This document shows positions 1 to 13,718 of a stretch of 64,000 nucleotides of DNA, piece by piece. The position numbers and the translations under genes are program-made. Under the pieces are notes generated by a model. That model had not been told where the DNA came from. It ran no database searches and saw only the letters and a program-made list of their open reading frames with translations. Within the stretch, counting starts at the first letter, position 1. The number at the start of each line of letters is the position of its first letter. The DNA comes from Ramazzottius varieornatus (Eukaryota > Animalia > Tardigrada): positions 4,559,777 to 4,623,776 of the forward strand of contig BDGG01000004.1 of the NCBI GenBank assembly GCA_001949185.1, written 5' to 3'.

Positions 1-2320
1 CATTTTGACATTTAGTCATGGCCATTTCCGTTGCGAAACTCGAAAAACATTCTGTGGTAACAAACAAAATCGCCAAACATATAGCACTAATGGTGTTTTT
101 TTCCAAAGGGTTGGTGAAAGGGTTGGTTACGTACCGGGACTGTGGAAGCCTGGAGGTCGCGTTTCTTTGGGCGTCCTGTCCGGACAGACGGCGCTACCTG
201 AACGATCCCGCCCAAACATGGCCGACTGAATGGCCAAACGATGCGTCGTCTTCTCGCACTCTAACTTCATCGTTTCCCCTTCGCATACCACTTGACTGTG
301 AAAGACATCTGGAACCACATAAGGAAATAAGAAACAAGTTCCTCCAGCAAATCTATCTGGGAGGTTTGCAAATGAGCTCGACCAGACTGTTTCCCAAGTG
401 GCGCACGTTTTCAGTGTTACTGGCTGATTTCGTGCGCTACTTGGAATAGCGGTCTTGTCGAGTTCGTTTGCCGAGTTCTGGTTTCTGTGTGTGGGAATGA
501 TTACTTACTGGGTTTGCATTTATAGGCCACTTCTAAATACTTCCATGTGCGGGGACAAGGGTCCTCCTTGAAGGTTTCGCCGTTGACCGGTATCCGGCAC
601 GTGGACCGATTCTTATCCTGACAGAGAGCCATCACTTTCTGCAAGGACAAGAAGGCCCATTGACCACGGGCTTTTCGGTAAGCTGGTAGATCGTACCGTT
701 TTTTGCATTTTAGAGGGAGAAAAACTTCATCTGATTCTGTGTGAGAGGAATTATCGGTATTTTGGGCGGCATCTGTACTTTGGCAAATTGAAGGCTTAAG
801 GATTTGTCCTGACAGGCTTAACGAAGCAAATAAGGGAACTGGTGTGCATGTGCTTCCGACTGACGATATGCAGCTGCCGTTAGGGTACTCGTACAGAGAC
901 AGCCGGCGATTACTGTCGTTTCTGGGTCATTAATTACATCAATCAGAAAAATTAACCAAGAACCTCGGCTCTGTTCCTCCTGTGCCAGAAGCTTTTCTAG
1001 TCGAAACGATGCTCGGCGTGCTGCTTTACTGTGTGAGCGTTCCAAGTCTTGGCATTAATCCTTCCATTTTGCGAAAAAAGCATCTTATCCACGTAAACAT
1101 TATCCATCAAAAGGCACTAGACACGAAAGATGGCTTATCCATCGGAAGCCACCCTGAAAGTGACACCTCGAATGCTTCCTCCTTAATTCCAAAAGGGTCA
1201 TTCACTCCAGACGAGTTCGTCAAACATCTACTCTGCCGAACTCGGCGCATCATGATCATGTTCCAAGAGCTTTCTCTCGTTGACTACGGCTTTCCTTAAT
1301 GACGAAATTAGGGAGGATGGTTTTCTTTTCGGATCAGGAACTCTTTCTTTCCTGACACGCTTTCAGTGTTGAGTTCAATGTAGTCTGAAACTACTGGATG
1401 AGGTTTTCAAGCTTTCTCTGGTACTGTGTTGCGTTGCATGGTTTGATCTGGTATCGATCGAGAATGAGAATGATAGATGTGGCCGACTAGAGTGATGAGA
1501 TTGCACCCAAGAGGATATTATATGGAGAGATTAGTCCGACTTTTTGTCGGCAAAGATATTGTCTATGTTGAGGGTTGCAGGGTAATCGGGGCAAATAATG
1601 GCTCTTCTTTTGGAGATGCACTTATCAGTTCGATCGATTAACTTGTCCTCTCCTGCATGTACGTCCACTTGCAATGGCGCCTTAAGTCTTCCCATTCGTC
1701 TCTGTCGTCCTCAAAACACCGTGGACTGTCTTGCTTGAAACTAGCACCAACTTATGAAGCCTGCGGCAACCCTGACAAGAAGTTCGCAGTTATTATGAAC
1801 TAATTGGCGTGAAGAAAAAGTGTGGACCTAATAAATGGGGAGGAGGAAGTGACAAAGACTCAGCAGCTGTTGACCCACACCCTTCGGTTACCATCCACTC
1901 ATGTTGCGGTGTGGACAATTACGAGTTAAGTCAATCAGCACCCAAGAGTATTAGCTCTTCACTTGGTGTCGATCTGTCTCTCATGGAAAAGTCTAGAACA
2001 GCCGCTAGACGTTGTCGACCTGTGGTCGCTTGTCTACCACCCAGTAACGTGTGGTAGTTTTTCAAGGCTTACCTGTTTACTGGAGGGTGTTAAGCAGTTC
2101 CTGGATTCTTCGTCGATATCGTATGAAGAGTGGAAAATACTGGCATTTGAGCGTTGTCCGCTTTGTACGGCAGTGTGACAAGGTCGTTCTCTGCTGGAGA
2201 CAAGCCTGCCGTAATTTGCAAAGACAATGTGGATGGAGGTTTTGGGCGGACACCGCATCACAAGCTCGTCGGTCTCACAGGCGGCGCTTTGTAGCGTCCG
2301 TATATTGGCTGTCAGGAGGG
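1..2320 (-). CDS. eva-1: EVA-1/EVA1C-like protein with two SUEL (Gal_lectin) domains; partial (3' end runs off window, first exon not located)
   Basis: In-frame GT-AG exons 2320-2073 (ALLTANIRTLQSAACETDELVMRCPPKTSIHIVFANYGR), 638-509 (KVMALCQDKNRSTCRIPVNGETFKEDPCPRTWKYLEVAYKCKP), 308-135 (VCEGETMKLEC...AIQSAMFGR) and 51-1 (ECFSSFATEMAMTKCQN); YGR and DPC..T.KYL.V.Y.C are SUEL motifs. Confidence 0.85.
368..471. repeat. ~120-bp palindromic family copy (eva-1 intron)
   Basis: ~40-bp arms; CCAAGTGGCGCAC-N25-GTGCGCTACTTGG. Confidence 0.9.
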
Positions 2321-4067
2321 CTGTAAAGAGATAACAGGATTGAAACACTAGACGCGATTCGTCATTGTACTCCAGCTTTTTGACATGGTATTTTGTGCAC
2401 GCTCAAGAAAAAACATTCCATGCACTCGAATTAGCACATTAGGCTCATGTCGAAAATTCCCTAGGATCTCTCGTTGTGAAATTATTGAGATCTAGATGGC
2501 TCAAGTGGATGCCGTGATTTACTGCTTTACAGTGCTAAGAAATATGACTTTGAACATTACTCATTTTACATCAAAGGAATTTACAATGAAATATTAGCCT
2601 TTTCCGACCGAGGAGTGCAATCATCGAGATGATGGAGAGTAGTTCCTTGACTGAGCTTTTCTAATACAATATAGGTCGCGGCATGGTAAGGGAAGGGGTC
2701 CGCCCACGTCAACCAAATTCTGGACAAAGTAACACTGGGTCATGCCAAGAGTCCCCGAGAACTTGAGGTCCTGCAGCTCTTGGCGCCATGTTTTCTGAAC
2801 CAGTTAACATACATTAAAATACACAAAGGTCCTAAAACTTTACCGGTTTTCTATCACGATTTCAATGCGAATGTTCTGGAAAACCTAATGTGAACGCTAT
2901 TTGACCAAGAACCCCGTCGAAATGGTCCAGGATCGAGGTTGTGTACGAAATACTATGCAGTGGTGAAAGGAAACATAGTAGGGGGAAAATGGATATTGGT
3001 TGAGTGGCGCAATTACTAGCCACAGAATAGTCGATTGTATCCTGGCTTGTCTATTTGATTAGGAGTAAATGCAGTACCACAAAGAAATCACTGTACCAAA
3101 AGATCGCCCATCACCCATCGATCGATTCTCTTGCACGACGCACCCTGAATTTTAAACTTAACTCCTTTTTCTCTAGCGGGTCGACAGGAAAAATTCGGCT
3201 CGCATCGACGAGATATCTTGACCTGATCCCGTGGTCTTTTATAATTCTACAAAATGAAATCTGTTGAATGAAGCACAGGTTATGTTTTGAATTTTCTACG
3301 GACACGGTACAGAGAAGTTTTGCGGGGAAAAGTCATTCGTGATTAAGGACGTGGAAGTCATAACTGTGTTTGAGGAGAATGATAAGACTTTATTAGAACA
3401 CAAGCATCTGTCAGACTTTTTGGGTGAGTGCCATTGCGGCAGCCACACGAAACGACCGGTGGTCAGTCTTGGATCACACCATTATCCATGATATCCTTGA
3501 CAAGCCCACCTCATTAAAATCTTCTTTCGCCACTTTACTGTCTTGCTTTACTACCCAGTATCTGTGTGGCCCATAACGAAAGATGACCGGCCATATCAGC
3601 CGTTGGTTCCTTTCCGTTTCAGAGCGACAGCTGTGAGAATTCAACCACAGCAACACCAGTCATATCATATTTAATATTGTATACTGGGGTGCGCCACTTG
3701 ACGGAGTTCATCTCGCTGCCGTAATATTCTCGCAGGATAGACCGATCGCTTTAGTGAAGTTGGCCTGAGAAAACAGCCATTCGAGGTGTTAAGTGCTCTC
3801 TTTTTTGCCGTTATTACAGATGTGCTCAAAATTTATGAACCGCTTCCTTAAGACATATCCGCCCCTTCCTTCCTTGTCAAGTGCCTGCGCCACAATCTGT
3901 GCCTGTACTGTGTACTCCAAACTTTTATAGTGACTAACATGGGTCTTTAACGCGCGTAAGCGAACTCATAAACGGACGGTGGGTTCTTTTCGAAATTGTA
4001 CAGAGAAGCCAGATATCGTCAAGGATTCCTAAGGTAAAAATGGGGACGTTTTCTTGTTTAGGTAATT

Positions 4068-4190
4068 GGGAACTGGGCAAATGAACTGAACCAGATCGTT
4101 GTCGCGAGTGGTGCACGCTTCTAACCAAGGACAATGACAATATGCGCCACTTGGGACGACGATCTGGTTCACACCATTCGCCCACCTCCC
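4068..4190. repeat. Palindromic family copy (upstream of eva-1 exon 2320)
   Basis: GAACCAGATCGT..GAGTGGTGCAC-N25-ATGCGCCACTTGG..ACGATCTGGTTC. Confidence 0.85.
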
Positions 4191-6391
4191 AAGTATCATC
4201 ATAGCTTATTTCAGCTGTTGGTGAAGATTCGTTTCATGAGTTCGACCAGCAGTGGACACTGGACACGGCCAGTTTACGATGGAAATTCTTACTGAATACC
4301 CGGTAACCAAATGTGTAATGCATGGCGTGTCATTCGTCTGGTTATATCTAACAGTAGCCCCGTTGTTACGCCGGCTTATTTTCGCTTCGGGGTGTCAAAG
4401 CCGTGGATAAACATTTTTGCTTTCACAATATTCGAAGGCTTTGCTGTAAGCAACCCATTCGCGGCTGAATCAAACTGACAGAATATTCATGACGTAATCT
4501 GTGTGCTTACTTGACGCGGATGGAAGAAATCGGGGTGGCGCATTTTTTGTTGAACTATCCGCCTGATTTGATTGCTATTTAGTGTCGCTTTGAGGCCCAT
4601 TTACTGGTCGATTCTTCCCATGGCTGGAAAAAGAGTTCCTCAGCATGATTGATGCCGGACATGGAAAGATCACAGCTCAGATCGACAATTGGGCCCCATC
4701 ATCGATATTCGTGTTTGATTAGAGCAATAGAAGATCGGCTTAAATTTTTCTGGGCTAACATAGTGACACAAGGCGGATGGAGCTCCTCGGCTCTTTTGTG
4801 CTACAGTATGATCGAATATGATTTACACTGCGCTCCTTGTGCATACATGCTTTACCATTGATCATTGCCAGGTCGCTATTGTCCGCTAACACTTCCTTCG
4901 GGCCTCTTTTGCCACAAAACCTGCCGAGGTCCTAAAGAAGGCATCTCGGGTATCGATAGTGATAGACGATGGCTATTGTCGTTAATTCAATACCGGAAAT
5001 ACGACGCTGTGTCGAGCAGCGCTTGTTCTAATTTCCGCTCACCACCCAAAGCTTTCTCGTCCTGGCCAGATTCCTGATCAAATGAAAGATTGTAAAATTG
5101 TACTGTTCAATACAAAGGTCCCATATTTCTCGTCCACAAGATCGATTTACGGTAAAGTAGACCAGCTCATGAAAGACCACTTCCTGGTTAGGCATGATCA
5201 GGCATTTTCTTTGTACTGTCATCTTTATTCTTTCTCCACCATGGCCAAAAATTCTTTACTAGGATACTCGGGGTACCGAAGCTTGCAGAGTACTATCAGG
5301 TGCCTGGAATTTTGATGGAAGAACTCAACGCTAGCTTGCGTGAATAGCTTCCGGCAAAATGTCAAGTATGCAACAAACAAGCTGTGCAGCTGCGAAAAAC
5401 ATATCGTTGCAGCACGTAACGACATGTAATACACTGGGTTCCTGGCACATACTCCCCCATGTTTATTAATGTTTTCAGCTAACTCTCAACGGAGAACCAG
5501 AAGTTTACATTGAACCGAGTGCACTGTTTTAGTCTACATAAACATAAAACACGGTGTTATGTCGTCTAAACTACACCGGTTTCTTCTGTCCCGTATCAGA
5601 GAAATTATGCCAAAAAATACATTCATTTTGTTTTGACCATTTTGATTTTTGCAAATTCTGCTGATTGGGCGTACCTGAGCAATTTATGCCTTTGAGCAGA
5701 CAACAAAGAAATAGGAGGACGGGAGTTTGCCGTTCATTGCAGCTCAGGACCTCCGAAAAGTATTTCCTGCCGGCTCTCATATTAAACAAGCTCGCCGATT
5801 GTCCCCCTCCTTCAGAAACCAATCAACTTCAACAGCCTCGCGGGAATATATGTAGATGAAGCAAAAAACAGTCAAGTGGCCGCGTCGAACGGTCGTCACC
5901 AAAAGTCCGCCCAGAACAAAGCACATCCATGCGAACCATCAAAAAGATAATTTAAGCATAAAAGTATTACAGGACGGTAGTTGTCATCAATGAGAAATCA
6001 AAATAGTGATGGCAGTTATGTCCCCCACACAGCCGGGAGAGAACTCTGCGAACGCCGACAGCAACGGGTAACAACTGAGCTGCGATATCGCGACTGTCGA
6101 TGCAACACAGTACAAACGCTTCTCATGGGCAACGGTGACATTTTTAAGCTATTTTCGACCATCTTTTTACAAGCAGAATATGGGAAGATGTGTTACACGC
6201 AGCTTCTTGAGACTTGAACTAAGCCAGCTACTCGGGCCCAACCGCAGTAGCCGGCATCTTTTCCGGAATACTGCTCCACTACGTATCGCTTATGGTGATG
6301 AAGCGTAGCGAAAGCTACCATTTGCAGCGAGCAGTATGACGTCACCTCGACCCTCCCATCGATCCACGCCCAGCACTTACGTATTGCGGTA

Positions 6392-6858
6392 CACGCACGA
6401 CAAGATATTATGGGCCAGTAAAAATTACGGGTCAGTAAAAATTACGGGCCAGGCGGAAAAGACGGCAAATTTACACTTTGTATTGAAGTGAGAAACAGAA
6501 TCGGACAAATGACGTAACATAGCAAAATTTAACCGTAGAAAATTGTCATGGACAATGGCCACCAGCTGATCAGCTGTTTTACTCTAACGCTTCAACGCCG
6601 CTGTCGACTTCCTCCCGGAAAAGCCTTTGACTAGCCTGAACTGTTGAAGGTGTGCGCGTTCCGGTAAATGGAGATCTAACTGTTTTAGCAAAATAACATG
6701 ACAAGCTTTAGCTCCTCGGCCCAATATCCCGCACGTACGTACAGCAGTGCAGCCTTCGATGTCGTTGTCACTTGTAGCAAAAATCACCTGCCCGTGCCGC
6801 CGTAGCGAAAAGGCCTGGCCCGTAATTTGTACTGGCCCATAATATCTCGTCCTGCGTG
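6392..6858. mobile_element. Non-autonomous TIR element (MITE), 467 bp, CAC...GTG ends, TA flanks
   Basis: ~45-bp imperfect TIRs CACGCA(C/G)GAC(A/G)AGATATTATGGGCCAGTA(A/C)AAATTACGGG..CCAGGC at 6392-6454 and 6813-6858; TA at 6390-91 and 6859-60. Confidence 0.85.
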
Positions 6859-7656
6859 TACGCATTTCCTTGCGTATCGTGGGTTTCTCGAACCGAAAGG
6901 GACTGTGTCCCGGAAGTGGAAAGATGAATCAGCGCACCTTTTACTTGGCAAGCTTGCGAAATGAATAAACCTCATCTGCTGTGCATCGTGCTTTGAAAGT
7001 ACCTTGATGCTTCCGGATCCGGTACTGCGACTGGGGATTACTCGTGGCCGAAAGTATCTTCCGTCCTTGAACCTAGCGAACTCTGCATCCATAACTTTCC
7101 ATAAATTCATGTTCGCTTTGGTCGATGGGTGAGAGTGTCATCAAGCCTCGCTTGCTGCCTAGCTTCGACAAAAGATCGTCTGTTTTTGTTCGATCTAAAA
7201 AGCTACGCCCGGAAACGAATCACGTATTGATCGCCAGAAAGGTTCGCTCGTTCCGATGGAATCATGGCATCTTCAGCACTGATCTAATTATCCTGTAGGA
7301 AACCTTAAGTAGTCATTGCACACAGTACGAACTGCCTTCGAAAAGAGGCGGCGCAGATGGAGTTCTTGTTCACTTTTATGGCATCGATACCTATATTGTT
7401 AAAACACATAATAATGGGACCATGAAGAGACCGGCTGCTAGATATATAACTAAACCATAATAATTCGATAAACTCTGCGTATGATACGAGGAGGAAAGTA
7501 AAGAGGGAAACACAATAAAATGAATGATAATAAAACTATCTTTTAATGTGAGAAGGTCACGACAAAGTGACTATTACACCTCTCTCTCTCTCTTTTATGT
7601 ACAAGAAGATTAGAAAAGAGGGTACTGGCCGACTGCCAGATTATAAGAGCCTTAGA

Positions 7657-10600
7657 TCAAACTTCAACTTGCTGTGGCGGTTGAGGTTGCTCGGGAGGAA
7701 CTGCGTCAGGGAGTGCCGGAGGAAGCGCGGCTTCGGCGTTAGGGCTGCTGGGCCTGGGTGGCGCCTGTGTCGTGCGAGGGGTGGGATCGTAATTGACCAG
7801 CTTCTTCCCTACCAAGAACCTACAAGGAAACCAAGCCTCACAATCTGGCCAAATGCAACCCAGCTACGCGAAGCAGCATGAAGACAGGCTTGGGACCTTG
7901 GCAGACAAACTGAACAAGAGCGGTAATTCAAGCGGCGCACGCTTTCGGCCAAGATAACTGAGAATGTGCGCCACTTGAGAAAACAGCATCAACGCGTTTT
8001 TTTCCAGAGCTTCTATTGCTGTCTTCTTTCCTACGGAAATGCCTGGTAATCGTGCCGATCACGGCCTCATTATCATTTTCGTAGTAAAAAGGCAAAATTG
8101 GCTGGAATGCAAACGACCTCCTCAGTAACTGCCGAAGTTTGTCAAATTTTCACACCAAGCAAAACGTACAGTTCGTCGCGTATCTGGTCGTGGAGATGTT
8201 TGAAGTAGCCTAGGCTAGCTATGAGGGTCACGGCAGCAATCATGGTAACGAGGAACATTAGATGGGCCACGCTCTCGATGGTGTGCGCCGGAAAGAAGTC
8301 TTCCACCGTGGCATCCTCGCTCAGCGTCAGCATGTTGTAGGTTCGAGCTAGAAAGTAGGGGAAGGAGAGGTAGAAGAGCAGCGGCGCAGAGATGGGCCAG
8401 ATGAACTTTGTGAAAATGAAAGTGAGATTCATGTTCCGAAAGCCGTTGGCGTAAACCTGCAACAACGACTGCATTTTAACTTCCGGTCTCGCACTTTTGC
8501 GAGTTAGAGCCGCACTAACCTGTTCAAGTGCCAGTTTCCACGGATTGTTATCGTGCAAGGCTACCAAACAGAACGTCAGGAGGATCTTGACAATCAGCGC
8601 GCCGAAAACGTAACACTGCAAGAAAACCACATAAGTTCACTTATTTCACGGTCATTTTTTGATGTAAAAACATCAGTCGTCATCTCAAGTGGCGCACGTT
8701 GCCATTATATTCGGCTAAAGATATGCGCCACTTGAGAAAACGATCATGTGCAAGTCATTTGCCGACGGACTAGTTCACGCATTTGGGTAATATCAATCAG
8801 TTTTAGTGAAGCAAAAGACCGTACCCTGTAAATCTGGAAGATGGAGGTCTGGTCGAAGAGCAGGGCCACTGGTCGAAGAGCCGTCACTTCAAACGTCAGG
8901 CCAATGAGTAGTGGCAGCCAGATGAGGATGGCCAGCGCGGCTATCACCGTCTTACCGACTACCATGGCCCAGAAGCCCCAGCTGATAGCCTGCAAGTCCA
9001 GTCTACTAGCTCTGACACTGCGACTGAGCATTCCGCCACCCTTCAGGATGACGGCGAGGGCGAAGAAGCCGGTGAAGAGAGTGTAAATGTCGTGAACCGC
9101 TCTGGAGCCAAACCAGAAGCCCAGCACCAGTCGGCCTAACATGACCGGCACCGTTAGCAACAACCCACTGGACACGGTCCCTGTCATGGCTAGCAAGGTC
9201 AGGAAGGCGGCGATGCGTAGGGGAAAGTAGGATGGCCTGATATAGTCTTGGGCAGGACGATGAGGTGTGACCAGCATCAGGTCCAGCTGGTCGTGGGCTA
9301 GACCCAGGTCCCCGTCACCGTTGTTGTTATTGTTGTTGGCGGCGGCCACTGCGTTAGCCCCGCCGTTAGTGGCTGGACGCGCTTGGTCACCTAGTAGGTA
9401 ACTGCGAAGACCCAGCAAGTCCCCAACAGCTCCGGACCAGCTGACGATGACGTGCTTAGCGAAGCTCCGTAACGTAGATTGCTGAAACAGCGACGGACCT
9501 GCAACAGAAAATATACCTAAAATCAATCGTCAATATTCCAATTTTTAGACACTTGACCATCTCTCGAATATTTGGACTGTGACATCCGGGAGCTCAGCAG
9601 AGAAACACGACAAAACTGTTTTTTCACGTGGCGCACGCTACCAGCTGGACTCACTGGAAACGTGCGCCACTTGGGAAAACGATTTTGTCGAATTTGTTGG
9701 GAAGCTTCCATATCGACTTTTGGTCGATCGTTATTGCTCATGGCTTACCAATGTAATGTAAGATGGCAAACTGAATGGTCAGTTCTCCGATGGGCGACTC
9801 TTCCAGTAGCGCCAGGTTGTAGGGGAAGACACCTTTGAGGTTGCGACAGAGGAGCTTGACGGGGGCGTAAATGGTGAAGCCAATGACGACCACGAAGAGA
9901 GCCATGACGAAGGTCAGGTTGCGCACCGACTTGCCAATGGGCCACATGACCAGCTCCTTGAACGGGTTGGACTCTTGGTAGCTGCGGACAAACCACAGCA
10001 GACCCGGCCGCAGCGTTTCACGGGACAGCAAGACAAACCAGACGAAGTAGGAGATGAAGAGAACACCGATGATCCAGTGGATAAAGAGGAAGGTTCCCGG
10101 TGCCGTCTGGAAAGCCCGCAAGCGGTCTTGCAGCGTTACGTTGAACATTTCCATGCATGACACGTCGGCCAAACCACCAAACATAGCCGGAAAGACTACC
10201 GCTTCCGTAACTGCAAAAAAACAGCTTCCTTGTCTTCCCTAGCTATGCTGATACATTTTTGCCAGTCATCTGTTATTTTCAGTGTTTATCAAAGCAGATC
10301 TTTTTTCACTGAATTGTTGTCAACATTTAAAGCTCGGCACACGAACTCGCAAACCTTTCTCCGAAGTGACGCACGTTTCTGGTGTTTATAGCCACCTATG
10401 TGCGCCACTTGGAAATACGTTCTTGTCGAGTTCGTCTTTCGAGCTCTCGTTTGACAAAATAGTGTCAAATATTCTGGAAAGAATATTTATTTGGTGTTTG
10501 ATGGTTGGACGTTTGATATTGTGCACTGATTAGAGCGGTTAGCTGGACTTACAGAAGAGAACACCGGTTTTGGTAGCCAAGTAGAACAAGCCAATGCCAA

Positions 10601-12747
10601 ACTTGACATTGAGCGTATTCAGTCTTCTCAGTCGTGGGATGTTGCGGAATATGCCGAGGAAGTCTTTGGCCAGAAAGTCGTACGTGTAAGAGAAGAGGAT
10701 GGCGAAAGCGCAGTAACCAAAGTAAAGGTACAGCGCCGTCTTGTACTGCGACAACTCCACCACTTCCGCAACTTGGCCGTGGAGGACGCTGTAGCTGACT
10801 GTTATGTTGGCACTGATGGGCGCCACATTCACAACCTAAAACAAGGAAAAGAAGCATTACACCTCTGTCTATCTTCCTAACCCTTGTTTTATGTACCTTG
10901 ATAGCTAGCGCGATGACAGCGGGGAGAAGGTCGTGGACGACGGCCCGACCGGAAGTGTATGGCAGCAAGTAGAAAATGGTCACGAAGCCGCCGCACAACA
11001 CCGAAAACCAGAAGGAATACTCCAGAAAGGCATAGGTCCCGTCCAGACCGATGATATGCCCCAGCGCGATGTCTTCCCCGAACGCCCCTAAGTCGATGTT
11101 GTTCTCCTGTATACCGCCGTCGCCCTGTTCCGCATTTGCAGCCGCCGCTGCGACCGGAGGAACTTCCGCTTGTGCTGCTTGCTCGATCAACGGCTGGACA
11201 TTGTGGATCGGATTCTGTCAAAAACAGAATACAATCAAAGAAATTCGAGTCGTCGAGAAATCTGGATTGGAAATAAGCTACTAACGGCAGCTTCTGCTGG
11301 TGGTGCCTGTGGAACATTCTCTGCCGGAACGCCGACGTCACCAGCAGGGACTGGTGGAGGGACAGGTGGTGGATTGTTGACGGGCGCTGCCTCCGCTGCT
11401 GCTGCAGCTGCGGGCTCAACGACGCCGGGCAGAACGATCCACGGAGGATTCCAACCGTTGTGGAGAATTTCGTCTCTCAGAAAGACAAAGCTGAACAGCA
11501 CAGCCATCGTCATGCCCATAATGATGATGCCTTCTCCAAGGTCTCCGCCTGGATTCGATGAATTCCTAAAGAACAGTCTCGCTTCATTTGGTGATTGAGA
11601 TGAAAGAGTCCGGATTGGAAGGATTAGACTTAGCGAAATGATCGAGACAGTAATTTATCTAGTTCAGTGGCAAGGTTCGATCCGCAATGCTCACCCAATC
11701 CATAAGAGCCGTAGAACCGCAGTGACGTAACCCTCTTCTCGAAACAGCAAGTTTTCCACTCGGGCTGTAGAAATAACAACACATAGGTTAGTGTCGATAC
11801 GTCAACTTGCACACTGGAAAGAGCCAGTGGAGTAAGACTCAAGAGTGACCGAAAACTTACCACAGTAGTTAGGCAGCAATATGAGCCAAACAGCAAAGAC
11901 GAGGAGAGCGTGGACAACTTTTCGGATGCCGCGGAGTATTCGCTGCTTCAAGCCACGAAGCAGGACATTCGGCGGTAGTCGTGAAGGAGTGTCGGGAGCG
12001 TAAACAGGGTGGAAGGTGAAGCGATGCTGCAATGATCAAACCTAGTCAGTCCATCCAGCGTAAATTATCGATCAAGCTAATAACGAAACAAACCTGACAC
12101 AGTTCGCAGTAATGACGATTGCTGTGACGAAGCCATTGTAGTAAACAGTCCTGCAACAAGCAACAGGGTGCCCATATAACATTGCGATTGCCGAAACAAG
12201 CTATGAACACTTGAAAGGATTGAGAACGAAGGTCGAAGGAGACGTCAGGATGTCTTCAGTCAATCAGCGAGGGTCCTTCGTGTGACGTAATAAACCTCCA
12301 AGAATCGCGTCATAAACCTACCTCGTGCACATATCTGATGGAGCCAGAACACCTGCATGGATGGAATAACCTGCAAAAATCAAGATCAGGGCACAATGCG
12401 GAAACAGAATCGAGACGTTTCGATAACTTTCGATGATGAAGTGTATAATACAGTGTACGACAAAATTAACCGTTAAAAATGGGCGTAATACTGCAGCTGG
12501 AGCTTATTTACGACTCAGACAATGAGAATTATATTTTGCTGCATGCGCAAATTTCATTGGCTTCATCCATCTTGCTCCCTTCAACACCCATTTTTAACGG
12601 CTTATTTTGTCGTACACTGTAATCATTGGGATCTTACGGTTGTTCCGCGCTGCCTTCTCCCCTGCAGACACGGCAAATGTCGTCAAGGGCCGGATCAACA
12701 TCTTGCCACGAAGGAACAGCATTGCTCGATGGACCCAGCTGGGCCAT
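7657..12747 (-). CDS. MARCHF6: E3 ubiquitin ligase MARCH6/Doa10 (RING-CH plus multiple TM segments), multi-exon
   Basis: Exons 12747-12638 (M..DICRVCRGEGSAEQP), 12370-12322 (LFHPCRCSGSIRYVHE), 12150-12094 (DCLLQWLRHSNRHYCELCQ), 12026-11861 (HRFTFHPVYAPDTPSRLP); TD-domain exon (TAPGTFLFIHWIIG..LRPGLLWF); C-terminal IRDELFLVGKKLVNYD; stop at 7657. Confidence 0.93.
7892..7987. repeat. Palindromic family copy (MARCH6 last intron)
   Basis: CAAGCGGCGCAC-N25-GTGCGCCACTTG. Confidence 0.8.
8677..8765. repeat. Palindromic family copy (MARCH6 intron)
   Basis: TCTCAAGTGGCGCAC-N25-ATGCGCCACTTGAGA. Confidence 0.85.
9588..9709. repeat. Palindromic family copy (MARCH6 intron)
   Basis: CGACAAAA..CACGTGGCGCAC-N25-GTGCGCCACTTG..TTTTGTCG. 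Confidence 0.9.
10331..10445. repeat. Palindromic family copy (MARCH6 intron)
   Basis: AGCTCG..ACGAACTCG..AAGTGACGCAC-N25-GTGCGCCACTT..CGAGTTCGT..CGAGCT. Confidence 0.85.
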
Positions 12748-13424
12748 AATGTTGTTGAAGTTGGACGGAAGTCACTCAGATCACCATCAATGGACCATCG
12801 AGCAGTCTACTATGTGCTGACACCACGACCAGCAGTTCCCAGCAGAAATCGACTTCAACCAAGACGCGACTGCTGGTATACACGCAGCAAAGAATGGACG
12901 ACAAAATCTTTCATTACTCAGTGAACTCAGACGGGAGTGTCGTGGTCCCGGAAGACACTTGCCAGTGGATCGCCCGAGGATAGAATTCCAGAAGAAAATC
13001 GACGAAAAAATTTCTGTTATCTAGGCCTGTTAAGACCCGAGATTGCGACTAATTGTTCAACAATCACGAACAACAATCTGTGACCGTTGGACAGTTGATT
13101 ACTTGATTAGTATCCCATTTCGCCCGGCGCCTGCTGTTCTCTTGCGGAGGATTCGCCAGGGGAACTCGTGAAGAGAGAGGGTTGTGGGTGTGCACCTTCT
13201 TGCGATTTCTCACCTGTTGCGCTGTATAACTGGACGAGAAGTTATCTGGGTTCTATCTTTCTTCTTCTTATTCTTCCTGGAATTCGATCTATTTCTTACT
13301 TTGCAGAACTAGGAAGACTTGGACGACACCGTGGACGCTGAAAACCCAGCTGGATAGACAGTTACGCATCTTGCGACTTGTCTGTGGCTAGCTCGACGGC
13401 TGTCTCGTCTTATTTACCGTAACC

Positions 13425-13718
13425 ATGAAGAGATTCTGTGGGCCAACTTTGTCCACCTGCGGAATCATCATGAGCGTCTGGGGTATCATCCAGCTAGCTA
13501 TCATGGGAGCGTTGTTCCACGTACGTTCTGTTAACCTAGTGGAAGATGTCTCGGTCAGTGAAGAGGATTTTGCGCTGCATCCCGACTTGGTGGATTCCGC
13601 CTACAAGCAACAGGCTTACAACTGCTGGGTTTGCGCTGGTATCTACGTCTTACTTCTGGCCCTCTCCGCACAACAAATGTGGCTCAATATCAAGCCGAAG
13701 CCATACATTGCAGCCTGA
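13425..13718 (+). CDS. RNASEK: Ribonuclease kappa / V-ATPase subunit f, 97 aa
   Basis: CGP..S.CGII.S.WG.I.L motif, two TM helices, V.L.EDV and AYNCW..AGIY motifs. Confidence 0.92.
   Translation: MKRFCGPTLSTCGIIMSVWGIIQLAIMGALFHVRSVNLVEDVSVSEEDFALHPDLVDSAYKQQAYNCWVCAGIYVLLLALSAQQMWLNIKPKPYIAA

Noticed and set aside
18-449. Recurrent peptide FPKWRT in many short ORFs across the window
   Set aside because: It is the translation of the palindrome core TTCCCAAGTGGCGCACG, not a protein family.
3689-3700. Isolated GTGCGCCACTTG half-site (also weak matches near 3001 and 18478)
   Set aside because: No clear second arm at 25 nt; not counted as a copy.
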